Below are positions 50,418-62,805 of a stretch of DNA of 64,000 nt, in pieces. Below the pieces are notes generated by a model. The model was not told the origin of the DNA. It saw only the letters and a list, made by a program, of their open reading frames with translations, and did not search any database. The stretch comes from Torpedo marmorata (Eukaryota): contig OZ360232.1 of NCBI GenBank assembly GCA_977017645.1, forward strand, positions 40,734,001-40,798,000, given 5' to 3'. The position numbers and the translations under genes are program-made. The stretch's first letter is position 1. Each line of letters starts with the position of its first letter.

Positions 50418-50650
50418 AAGTCAAGTCAAGTCAAGTTTATTGCCATCTGATTGTACAAGTACAACCCGACGAAACAGCGTTCTCCGGTCCTCAGAGCAAA
50501 ACATGCAGATGCACAGCCAGACATAACACACATATAGACAAACAATACATATGCAGGACAAGTTATACAAGTAAATAAATAAATATTGTTTTGTACATAT
50601 GAGAGTCTCGGATGGTTAGTGTGAGTAGTTCATTTGGTCGTTCAGCATTA
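50418..50650 (-). mobile_element. Rex1-like 3' UTR with (ACTTG)n tail
   Basis: Reverse complement of 44870-45105. Confidence 0.75.
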
Positions 50651-50789
50651 ACACTTAAAGCTACCTAAAGTGCTTTGTACATTTCAGAATAATATTTATG
50701 TTGCGGATATTATTGATTGTCCATAGTGATAGAGATGATTTTCATTTTTTCGTGCAGTTTTCATTTTAGTGAGTTGTTTATGCATTTTT

Positions 50790-51420
50790 TTAAATTAAAT
50801 TAAAATATACAGTACAGTAACAGATCCTTCCGGCCCTTGAGTCTGTGCTGCCCAAATACACCAATTAACCTACAAACACCATACATTTTTTGGAGGGTGG
50901 GAGGAAACTGGAGCACACGAGGGAAACCACACTGACATGGGGAGAATGTACAAACTCCTTACAGTCAGCTGCCGGATTCGAACCCGGGTCGCTGGCGCTG
51001 TGATAGCGTTGCGATGAACCGATAACATGATGACATTATGTGCATATTTAATTGCGCTCAGCAGGTCTGACATCGTGGTAAGAAATTCATAACATGATTG
51101 GATTGAAGGATACTTCTACAGTAAGTGACCTGCTCAACACAAGCGATGATTCGATCTGGGGCCACGACCAGGGTGGCACGGTTGGCGTAGCGGTTAGCGC
51201 AACACCTTTACAGCGCCAGCGATTGGGATCGGGGTTTGAATCCCGCGCTGTCTGTAAGAAGTGTGTACGTTCTCCCTGTGTCTGCGTGGGTTTTCCCCGG
51301 GGGTTCCGGTTTCCTCCTACCTTTCAAAATGTACTGGGGGTGTAGGTTCATTAGGTGTAAATTGGGCGGCATGGACTCGTGGGCCAAAATGGCCTGTTAC
51401 TGTGCTGTATGTCTAAATGT
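50790..51420. mobile_element. Head-to-head pair of tRNA SINEs (50790-51015 -, 51170-51420 +)
   Basis: Both copies match the SINE family, with B boxes at ~50975 and ~51233. Confidence 0.85.
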
Positions 51421-51785
51421 AAAAATTTTAAGAGATGATATTTACATTGTATGTCAATTTACAATTACATTCAGCTCAGGGATTCTGAGCACTGGTGGGA
51501 AAAGTGCATGAATCTAGGATGTAAATGTCAAAAATGATAAATTTCAAGCAAAATTCCAATGGAATTCATGCCCCTAGCACTTCCTCCAAAGGAGATTAAC
51601 AGCAAGAATACTAGTCCCAGAACTTAAATTTGAATTATTCAGTTTTACCCAACAAAAACTGTGAAAACGAAAGAATGAGTTGGAAAGGCTTTCACAAAAC
51701 CTTTCTTCATTGCTTTTATGGTGATCTTGGCCTCGTGGATGTTAACGCAAGACCCATCCTCTCCTGTTCTTCAGTCTAAGAGGTG

Positions 51786-52639
51786 ATGTAATGGCGGTGC
51801 TGCCGGAGCCGCTGTAGCGTCAGCGCTGCCGCTGGTGCGGACCCGCGGGGAGCGTGGGAGCGGAGATACAACGCTCCCGCGGGGTCCAGCCGCTCAGTCG
51901 ACTGCCGTCGGTTCCACATAGGGTTTGAACGGCCCGTTAAAGGAGCCGACGGTGGTTTTATTTAAGATCCCGGAACCACGGGGTCTGCGCCCAAGATGGC
52001 AGCGCCTTTTAACCGGCAGCAGCCACGAGGGGCTGCAGATTCCGGGGAAGCGGAGGACTGGAGCAGGGCACCAGAGGATGGGAAGATCACCCCCCCCCCC
52101 CCAGTCTGAGAAGGAGAAGCGGAGGAGACGACCCACAGGACAGTGACCACGGCGGCGGACAGGTGAGCGACTCTGAGGCTGAAGGAGCAGTGCATGCGAC
52201 GGGCTGCTGGCGACTCGAGGCGAAACCCGCGGAGGCTGTGGGCTGCTGGAGACTGCTGTCGGGGGACTCACGCTGGGCTGCGGACTGCTGGAGACTGGCT
52301 CAAACTGGCTGGAAGAGTACCAGATATCGGAACCGGGATGCAAGGGGGTGCCGAGGGCGACCTGACCATGTTGGAGGTTCGGATCTGGAGCTCGGGTTGC
52401 CGATGGTTTGGACCGGACTCTGTGTGGCTGCAGAAGCGCTGGAGGCGAATCTATGGACACTCGGTGACTCTGGGGGGACTCTCTTTTGCTTCTCTTTCTC
52501 TGACTGTAAGGAATGTTAGAGGCGCTTAGGCAATTTCTGTCAGTGGCGAATCTGTCTGCCTTGCAGCAGGCAAAAAGAAATTTCATGGAATATGACACTG
52601 TCTTAATACTATGACAATAAATTGAATCTTGAATCTTGA
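51786..52639 (+). mobile_element. GC/CpG-rich non-autonomous retroelement, most complete copy (~850 bp)
   Basis: CpG-rich head, internal AAGATGGC (51993), no conserved ORF among copies, and a tail of GACAATAAA plus (GAATCTT)n. Confidence 0.75.
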
Positions 52640-52989
52640 TGTGCCAGCTATGAATGTCAACCGTGCAAAAATTGTGCTTTCATTAGTTTTATTTTGCAAA
52701 TGCCATGGATGCCTTTAACATGCTTTTTACTGATCGTAGCTGTTTGGAAGTTTAGACCAAGAGCTAAATGAAGATGAAAAAAAAAGGCAGAGGAATAAAA
52801 GCTTGGGAGGAAACAGTGATGAAAACAAAAGATGTTTGCAATTATATGAAAGAAAAGGAAAATATAATTAAAGCAATGGTGGAACTACTTTGTAAATATC
52901 ATCAACTATTTTGATTTAATTAGAACAGCGCAGCAGGGGAACAGGCCCTATGGCTCACAAGTTCTGTGCCAAACATCGTTTAAAAGAAC

Positions 52990-53642
52990 AATGGGAGCCG
53001 ACTGTTTTTATTTACAATCCTGCAACAGGCGAGGTCTGTGCCCTAGATGTCAGCGCCTGTGCTCGGCAGCGTTCATGAGGGGATGCAAACTCCAGGGGAG
53101 CGGCGAACCAGTGCAGGGCACCAGAAACGGGGAGAGCACCCCCTGTTGAGAAGGAGAAGCAGAGAAGATGACCCTACACGAAACGTGACGTCAGCAGAGG
53201 ACCAGCGAGGGGCTCAGCAGCTGAAGGATCCACACGGGCTGCGTGCGACATGCGGTGGGGGGACCCACATGGGCTGGTGGCTGCTGGAGACGGGCTCATG
53301 GGAACCAGGTATCGGAACCGGGATTCGAGAGGGTGCGGAGGGCAAGAAGGGCCCCCAAAGGGCCTCGGGCACTAAAGGCTTCCTGATCGTATCGGAGGTT
53401 TGGATCTGGAGCTCAGGCTGCCAACAGATAGAACAGGAGTCTGTGCAGCTGCAGAGACTGTGTGAGTGCTGGAGGTGAATCCATGGGCACTCAATCACTC
53501 TGAGGGGACTCACTTTTGCTTCTCTTTCTCTTACTGTATGGGGTGCAGGCAATAGTAATGGCGACTCTGCTTAAAGGAAATTTTGTGTAATATTACATTT
53601 TCTGTTTTATTGCATTACATGACAATAAAAGAATCTTGAATG
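52990..53642 (+). mobile_element. GC-rich retroelement copy
   Basis: Collinear with 51940-52639. Confidence 0.75.
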
Positions 53643-54587
53643 TTGAGACAGAGGAATGGATAATTGCCCAGACAAACTTCTCATTTAGTATCTTATGGAT
53701 TCTTCACTGCGCTGGGAATGATACAAGTCTCTCTGGTGAGCAGCTGAGAATAAACCGTGATATTGATGAGAGAGCTGTGATACATTCCTTGCAAGAGGTG
53801 CACTAATTGTCTTTGCTATTCAAAACTGCACTGGCTGTTGAAAATCAGGTTTATTGTTTATCCTGGAAGATAACACTCTTACCTTTCAGTCAGTTGACTG
53901 AAGACTAAATTCTTACCCCTGGGAGATCAACACAAAATTGGCTGGTACCAAGGAATGCCACACTTTGGGAGGTCCAGTTTTATATATCAAATAAATGTAA
54001 TCTGCCATCCAAACAACTGTGGAACTCTTTCAAGAAAGCGCAGGGAAGTTCTCCCTTGTGTCCTGGGCAATACTTACATCTCACTGAAATAGAGTTGTCA
54101 AGAAATGTGTTGCTTTTCTGGCAGCTCATGTTCAAGAATTAATTTAACACACAGTAAATCATGTCCAAATAAATGACGGCAAATGAGAAATTTGGATGGG
54201 GATTTTCGGTTGTGACAGCACTCATGACACACTCAACATCCTTTTCCAGAGAATTTGTTCCTCATTATAATGAGGGTGGTCATTGTTGGGAGCATGAAGG
54301 GGTCTCAATCCCACAGAACTGCAATGGGACATTTGCAAAGAGAAAGCAACTGAGTCATAAAATACCTCACCCACAAAGTTCCAACACTTCGACACAGTTC
54401 CATCTCTCTTGCACTGAATCCTCCCACACTGAGCCCTCTTACACTGAACTGCCACTTCCCCTCCCATCCCACACTGAACCCTCCCCTCCATACTGAACCC
54501 TCCCATACCAAGTCCTCTTACACAGAACTGCCACATTCCCTCCCCAAAACAATCCCCCTAATCCCACGCTGAAACTGCCCCACACTG

Positions 54588-54795
54588 GGAGGCACGGTTA
54601 GCGTAGCGGTTAGCGCACCTCTATTACAGCGCCGGCGACCCGTGTTCAAATCCGGCGCTGTCTGTAAGCAGTTTGTACGTCTCCCCGTGCCTGCGTGGGT
54701 TTCCCCGGGTTCTCCGGTTTCCTCCCACCCTCCAAAATAACATATAGGGGTTGTAGGTCAATTGAGGTATTTGTACGTCGCGGGCTAAATTAAAA
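54588..54795 (+). mobile_element. tRNA-derived SINE directly upstream of the minisatellite
   Basis: GGCACGGTTAGCGTAGCGGTTAGCGC head and family body. Confidence 0.85.
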
Positions 54796-54802
54796 TGAAA
54801 TC

Positions 54803-57531
54803 TGAACCCTCGCCACACCGAACCCCCGCCACACCGAACCCCCGCCACACCGAAACCCCGCCACACCGAACCCCCGCCACACCGAACCCTCGCCACACCG
54901 AACCCTCGCCACACCGAACCCCCGCCACACCGAACCCCCGCCACACCGAACCCTCGCCACACCGAACCCTCGCCACACCGAACCCTCGCCACACCGAACC
55001 CCCGCCACACCGAACCCCCGCCACACCGAACCCTCGCCACACCGAACCCTCGCCACACCGAACCCCCGCCACACCGAACCCCCGCCACACCGAACCCCCG
55101 CCACACCGAACCCCCGCCACACCGAACCCCCGCCACACCGAACCCCCGCCACACCGAACCCCCGCCACACCGAACCCCCGCCACACCGAACCCCCGCCAC
55201 ACCGAACCCTCGCCACACCGAACCCTCGCCACACCGAACCCTCGCCACACCGAACCCCCGCCACACCGAACCCCCGCCACACCGAACCCTCGCCACACCG
55301 AACCCCCGCCACACCGAACCCCCGCCACACCGAACCCTCGCCACACCGAACCCCCGCCACACCGAACCCCCGCCACACCGAACCCTCGCCACACCGAACC
55401 CTCGCCACACCGAACCCCCGCCACACCGAACCCTCGCCACACCGAACCCTCGCCACACCGAACCCTCGCCACACCGAACCCCCGCCACACCGAACCCCCG
55501 CCACACCGAACCCTCGCCACACCGAACCCCCGCCACACCGAACCCTCGCCACACCGAACCCCCGCCACACCGAACCCCCGCCACACCGAACCCTCCCACA
55601 CCGAACCCTCGCCACACCGAACCCTCGCCACACCGAACCCTCGCCACACCGAACCCCCGCCACACCGAACCCCCGCCACACCGAACCCTCGCCACACCGA
55701 ACCCTCGCCACACCGAACCCCCGCCACACCGAACCCTCGCCACACCGAACCCCCGCCACACCGAACCCTCGCCACACCGAACCCCCGCCACACCGAACCC
55801 CCGCCACACCGAACCCCCGCCACACCGAACCCTCGCCACACCGAACCCTCGCCACACCGAACCCTCGCCACACCGAACCCTCGCCACACCGAACCCCCGC
55901 CACACCAAACCCTCGCCACACCGAACCATTCCCACACCGAACCCCCGCCACACCGAACCCTCGCCACACCGAACCCCCGCCACACCGAACCCCCGCCACA
56001 CCGAACCCCCGCCACACCGAACCCCCGCCACACCGAACCCTCCCACACCGAACCCTCGCCACACCGAACCCTCGCCACACCGAACCCTCGCCACACCGAA
56101 CCCCCGCCACACCGAACCCCCGCCACACCGAACCCTCGCCACACCGAACCCTCGCCACACCGAACCCCCGCCACACCGAACCCTCGCCACACCGAACCCC
56201 CGCCACACCGAACCCTCGCCACACCGAACCCCCGCCACACCGAACCCCCGCCACACCGAACCCCCGCCACACCGAACCCCCGCCACACCGAACCCTCGCC
56301 ACACCGAACCCTCGCCACACCGAACCCTCGCCACACCGAACCCCCGCCACACCGAACCCCCGCCACACCGAACCCTCGCCACACCGAACCCTCGCCACAC
56401 CGAACCCCCGCCACACCGAACCCCCGCCACACCGAACCCCCGCCACACCGAACCCTCGCCACACCGAACCCCCGCCACACCGAACCCCCGCCACACCGAA
56501 CCCTCGCCACACCGAACCCCCGCCACACCGAACCCTCGCCACACCGAACCCTCGCCACACCAAACCCTCGCCACACCGAACCCTCGCCACACCGAACCCC
56601 CGCCACACCGAACCCCCGCCACACCGAACCCTCGCCACACCGAACCCCCGCCACACCGAACCCCCGCCACACCGAACCCTCGCCACACCGAACCCCCGCC
56701 ACACCGAACCCCCGCCACACCGAACCCTCGCCACACCGAACCCTCGCCACACCGAACCCCCGCCACACCGAACCCTCGCCACACCAAACCCTCGCCACAC
56801 CGAACCCTCGCCACACCGAACCCCCGCCACACCGAACCCCCGCCACACCGAACCCTCGCCACACCGAACCCCCGCCACACCGAACCCTCGCCACACCGAA
56901 CCCCCGCCACACCGAACCCCCGCCACACCGAACCCTCCCACACCGAACCCTCGCCACACCGAACCCTCGCCACACCGAACCCTCGCCACACCGAACCCCC
57001 GCCACACCGAACCCCCGCCACACCGAACCCTCGCCACACCGAACCCTCGCCACACCGAACCCCCGCCACACCGAACCCTCGCCACACCGAACCCCCGCCA
57101 CACCGAACCCTCGCCACACCGAACCCCCGCCACACCGAACCCCCGCCACACCGAACCCTCCCACACCGAACCCTCGCCACACCGAACCCTCGCCACACCG
57201 AACCCCCGCCACACCGAACCCTCGCCACACCGAACCCCCGCCACACCGAACCCCCGCCACACCGAACCCTCGCCACACCGAACCCTCGCCACACCGAACC
57301 CTCGCCACACCGAACCCCCGCCACACCGAACCCTCGCCACACCGAACCCTCGCCACACCGAACCCTCGCCACACCGAACCCTCGCCACACCGAACCCCCG
57401 CCACACCGAACCCTCGCCACACCGAACCCTCGCCACACCGAACCCTCGCCACACCGAACCCCCGCCACACCGAACCCTCGCCACACCAAACCCCCGCCAC
57501 ACCGAACCCTCGCCACACCGAACCATTCCCA
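54803..57531. repeat. Minisatellite, 16-bp unit GAACCC(C/T)CGCCACACC, ~170 copies
   Basis: Directly visible tandem array with one dominant C/T variable site and rare 15-bp variants. Confidence 0.97.
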
Positions 57532-57590
57532 CGCTCACTGCACCAATCCACACATTAACAATGAAGCCTCCCACAGTGAACCCTCCCGGT

Positions 57591-60500
57591 CTTAACTCTC
57601 CCGTACTGAACTCTCCCGTACTGAACTCTCCTGTACTGAACACTCCCGCACTGAACTCTCCCGTACTGAACCGTCCCGCACTGAACTCTCCCGTACTGAA
57701 CTCTCCCGTACTGAACCGTCCCGCACTGAACCCTCCCGCACTGAACTCTCCCGTACTGAACCGTCCCGTACTGAACCGTCCCGCACTGAACTCTCCTGTA
57801 CTGAACTCTCCTGTACTGAACTCTCCCGTACTGAACTCTCCCGTACTGAACCGTCCCGCACTGAACCGTCCCGTACTGAACCGTCCCGCACTGAACCCTC
57901 CCGCACTGAACTCTCCCGTACTGAACCGTCCCGCACTGAACCGTCCCGTACTGAACCGTCCCGTACTGAACTCTCCCGTACTGAACCGTCCCGCACTGAA
58001 CCGTCCCGTACTGAACCGTCCCGTACTGAACTCTCCTGTACTGAACTCTCCCGCACTGAACTCTCCCGCACTGAACTCTCCCGCACTGAACTCTCCCGCA
58101 CTGAACTCTCCCGCACTGAACTCTCCCGCACTGAACTCTCCCGCACTGAACTCTCCCGCACTGAACTCTCCCGCACTGAACTCTCCCGCACTGAACTCTC
58201 CCGCACTGAACTCTCCCGCACTGAACTCTCCCGCACTGAACTCTCCCGCACTGAACTCTCCCGCACTGAACTCTCCCGCACTGAACTCTCCCGCACTGAA
58301 CTCTCCCGCACTGAACTCTCCCGCACTGAACTCTCCCGCACTGAACTCTCCCGTACTGAACTCTCCCGCACTGAACTCTCCCGTACTGAACACTCCCGCA
58401 CTGAACTCTCCCGCACAAAACTCTCCCGCACTGAACTCTCCCGTACTGAACTCTCCCGTACTGAACACTCCCGTACTGAACTCTCCCGCACTGAACTCTC
58501 CCGCACTGAACTCTCCCGCACTGAACTCTCCCGCACTGAACTCTCCCGCACTGAACTCTCCCGCACTGAACTCTCCCGTACTGAACTCTCCCGTACTGAA
58601 CTCTCCCGCACTGAACACTCCCGTACTGAACTCTCCCGTACTGAACTCTCCCGCACTGAACTCTCCCGTACTGAACTCTCCCGCACTGAACACTCCCGTA
58701 CTGAACTCTCCCGCACTGAACTCTCCCGTACTGAACTCTCCCGTACTGAACTCTCCCGCACTGAACTCTCCCGCACTGAACACTCCCGCACTGAACACTC
58801 CCGTACTGAACTCTCCCGTACTGAACACTCCCGTACTGAACTCTCCCGCACTGAACACTCCCGCACTGAACACTCCCGTACTGAACTCTCCCGCACTGAA
58901 CTCTCCCGCACTGAACACTCCCGCACTGAACTCTCCCGCACTGAACTCTCCCGCACTGAACACTCCCGCACTGAACTCTCCCGTACTGAACTCTCCCGCA
59001 CTGAACACTCCCGCACTGAACTCTCCCGTACTGAACACTCCCGTACTGAACTCTCCCGCACTGAACACTCCCGCACTGAACTCTCCCGTACTGAACTCTC
59101 CCGCACTGAACTCTCCCGCACTGAACACTCCCGCACTGAACTCTCCCGCACTGAACACTCCCGCACTGAACTCTCCCGTACTGAACTCTCCCGTACTGAA
59201 CACTCCCGTACTGAACTCTCCCGTACTGAACTCTCCCGTACTGAACTCTCCCGTACTGAACTCTCCCGCACTGAACACTCCCGCACTGAACTCTCCCGTA
59301 CTGAACTCTCCCGCACTGAACTCTCCCGCACTGAACACTCCCGTACTGAACTCTCCCGTACTGAACTCTCCCGTACTGAACTCTCCCGTACTGAACTCTC
59401 CCGCACTGAACTCTCCCGCACTGAACTCTCCCGCACTGAACTCTCCCGTACTGAACTCTCCCGCACTGAACTCTCCCGCACTGAACTCTCCCGCACTGAA
59501 CTCTCCCGTACTGAACTCTCCCGCACTGAACTCTCCCGCACTGAACTCTCCCGCACTGAACACTCCCGCACTGAACTCTCCCGTACTGAACTCTCCCGCA
59601 CTGAACACTCCCGTACTGAACTCTCCCGCACTGAACTCTCCCGCACTGAACTCTCCCGCACTGAACTCTCCCGCACTGAACTCTCCCGCACTGAACTCTC
59701 CCGCACTGAACTCTCCCGCACTGAACTCTCCCGCACTGAACTCTCCCGCACTGAACTCTCCCGCACTGAACTCTCCCGCACTGAACACTCCCGCACTGAA
59801 CTCTCCCGCACTGAACACTCCCGCACTGAACTCTCCCGCACTGAACTCTCCCGCACTGAACTCTCCCGTACTGAACTCCCCCGTACTGAACCCTCCCGTA
59901 CTGAACTCTCCCGTACTGAACACTCCCGTACTGAAATCTCCCGCACTGAACTCTCCCGTACTGAACTCTCCCGTACTGAACACTCCCGTACTGAAATCTC
60001 CCGTACTGAACACTCCCGTACTGAACTCTCCCGTACTGAACTCTCCCGTACTGAACTTTCCCGCACTGAACTCTCCCGTACTGAACCCTCCCGTACTGAA
60101 CTCTCCCGTACTGAACACTCCCGTACTGAACTCTCCCGTACTGAACTCTCCCGCACTGAACTCCCCCGTACTGAACTCTCCCGCACTGAACTCTCCCGTA
60201 CTGAACTCTCCCGTACTGAACTCTCCCGCACTGAACTCTCCCGTACTGAACCCTCCCGTACTGAACTCTCCCGTACTGAACTCTCCCGTACTGAACTCTC
60301 CCGTACTGAACCCTCCCGTACTGAACACTCCCGTACTGAACTCTCCCGCACTGAACTCTCCCGCACTGAACTCTCCCGCACTGAACCCTCCCGTACTGAA
60401 CTCTCCTGTACTGAACTCTCCCGTACTGAACTCTCCCGTACTGAACCCTCCGGTACTGAACTCTCCCGTACTGAACTCTCCTGTACTGAACTCTCCTGTA

Positions 60501-62395
60501 CTGAACTCTCCCGTACTGAACCCTCCCGTACTGAACTCTCCCGTACTGAACCCTCCCGTACTGAACTCTCCCGTACTGAACTCTCCCGCACTGAACTCTC
60601 CCGTACTGAACCGTCCCGCACTGAACTCTCCCGTACTGAACTCTCCCGTACTGAACTCTCCCGCACTGAACTCTCCCGTACTGAACTCTCCCGCACTGAA
60701 CTCTCCCGTACTGAACCGTCCCGCACTGAACTCTCCCGTACTGAACCGTCCCGCACTGAACTCTCCCGTACTGAACTCTCCCGTACTGAACTCTCCCGCA
60801 CTGAACTCTCCCGCACTGAACTCTCCCGTACTGAACTCTCCCGCACTGAACTCTCCCGTACTGAACTCTCCCGCACTGAACTCTCCCGCACTGAACTCTC
60901 CCGTACTGAACTCTCCCGCACTGAACTCTCCCGCACTGAACTCTCCCGTACTGAACTCTCCCGTACTGAACTCTCCCGTACTGAACACTCCCGTACTGAA
61001 CTCTCCCGTACTGAACTCTCCCGTACTGAACTCTCCCGTACTGAACTCTCCCGCACTGAACTCTCCCGCACTGAACTCTCCCGTACTGAACTCTCCCGCA
61101 CTGAACTCTCCCGTACTGAACTCTCCCGCACTGAACTCTCCCGTACTGAACTCTCCCGTACTGAACTCTCCCGTACTGAACACTCCCGTACTGAACTCTC
61201 CCGCACTGAACTCTCCCGTACTGAACTCTCCCGTACTGAACTCTCCCGTACTGAACACTCCCGTACTGAACCCTCCCGTACTGAACTCTCCCGCACTGAA
61301 CTCTCCCGTACTGAACTCTCCTGTACTAAACTCTCCCGCACTGAACTCTCCCGCACTGAACTCTCCCGTACTGAACTCTCCCGCACTGAACCCTCCCGCA
61401 CTGAACTCTCCCGCACTGAACTCTCCTGTACTAAACTCTCCCGCACTGAACTCTCCCGTACTGAACCCTCCCGCACTGAACCCTCCCGTACTGAACCCTC
61501 CCGTACTGAACCCTCCCGCACTGAACTCTCCCGAACTAAACTCTCCCGCACTGAACTCTCCCGCACTGAACCCTCCCGCACTGAACTCTCCCGTACTGAA
61601 CTCTCCCGCACTGAACCCTCCCGCACTGAACTCTCCCGCACTGAACTCTCCCGTACTGAACACTCCCGTACTGAACTCTCCCGCACTGAACTCTCCCGCA
61701 CTGAACTCTCCCGTACTGAACTCTCCCGCACTGAACTCTCCCGTACTGAACTCTCCCGTACTGAACTCTCCCGTACTGAACTCTCCCGCACTGAACTCTC
61801 CCGTACTGAACTCTCCCGTACTGAACTCTCCCGCACTGAACTCTCCCGCACTGAACTCTCCCGTACTGAACTCTCCCGTACTGAACTCTCCCGTACTGAA
61901 CTCTCCCGCACTGAACTCTTCCGCACTGAACTCTCCCGCACTGAACTCTCCCGTACTGAACTCTCCCGTACTGAACTCTCCCGTACTGAACCCTCCCGCA
62001 CTGAACTCTCCCGTACTGAACACTCCCGTACTGAACTCTCCCGCACTGAACTCTCCCGCACTGAACTCTCCCGTACTGAACTCTCCCGTACTGAACTCTC
62101 CCGCACTGAACTCTCCCGCACTGAACTCTCCCGTACTGAACTCTCCCGTACTGAACCCTCCCGCACTGAACTCTCCCGTACTGAACACTCCCGCACTGAA
62201 CCCTCCCGCACTGAACTCTCCCGCACTGAACTCTCCCGCACTGAACTCTCCCGCACTGAACACTCCCGTACTGAACACTCCCGTACTGAACACTCCCGTA
62301 CTGAACACACCCGCACTGAACTCTCCCGTACTGAACTCTTCTGTACTGAACTCTCCCGTACTGAACTCTCCCGTACTGAACTCTCCCGCACTGAA
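57591..62395. repeat. Minisatellite, 15-bp unit CTGAAC(TC/AC/CC/CG)TCCCG(C/T)A, ~320 copies
   Basis: The register is unbroken across all 60-nt lines from 57601 to 62395. Confidence 0.97.
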
Positions 62396-62805
62396 TCACA
62401 ACTTCCCCTCCCACCACAATGAACCCCCAATNNNNNNNNNNNNNNNNNNNNNNNNNNNNNNNNNNNNNNNNNNNNNNNNNNNNNNNNNNNNNNNNNNNNN
62501 NNNNNNNNNNNNNNNNNNNNNNNNNNNNNNNNNNNNNNNNNNNNNNNNNNNNNNNNNNNNNNNNNNNNNNNNNNNNNNNNNNNNNNNNNNNNNNNNNNNN
62601 NNNNNNNNNNNNNNNNNNNNNNNNNNNNNNNNNNNNNNNNNNNNNNNNNNNNNNNNNNNNNNNNNNNNNNNNNNNNNNNNNNNNNNNNNNNNNNNNNNNN
62701 NNNNNNNNNNNNNNNNNNNNNNNNCCCCTCCTCACACTGAACCCCTTCTTACACTGAACCCCTCCTCACACTGAACCCCTTCTTACACTGAACACCTCCT
62801 CACAC

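Noticed and set aside
54803-62395. CRISPR-like or telomeric array
   Set aside because: The units are head-to-tail with no unique spacers, there are no cas genes, the context is eukaryotic, and the unit is not TTAGGG.
54624-62774. Giant ORFs of 900-2659 aa on both strands
   Set aside because: They arise from stop-free tandem units that are open in many frames at once, and they start or end in a SINE or in N gaps. There is no non-repetitive coding context.
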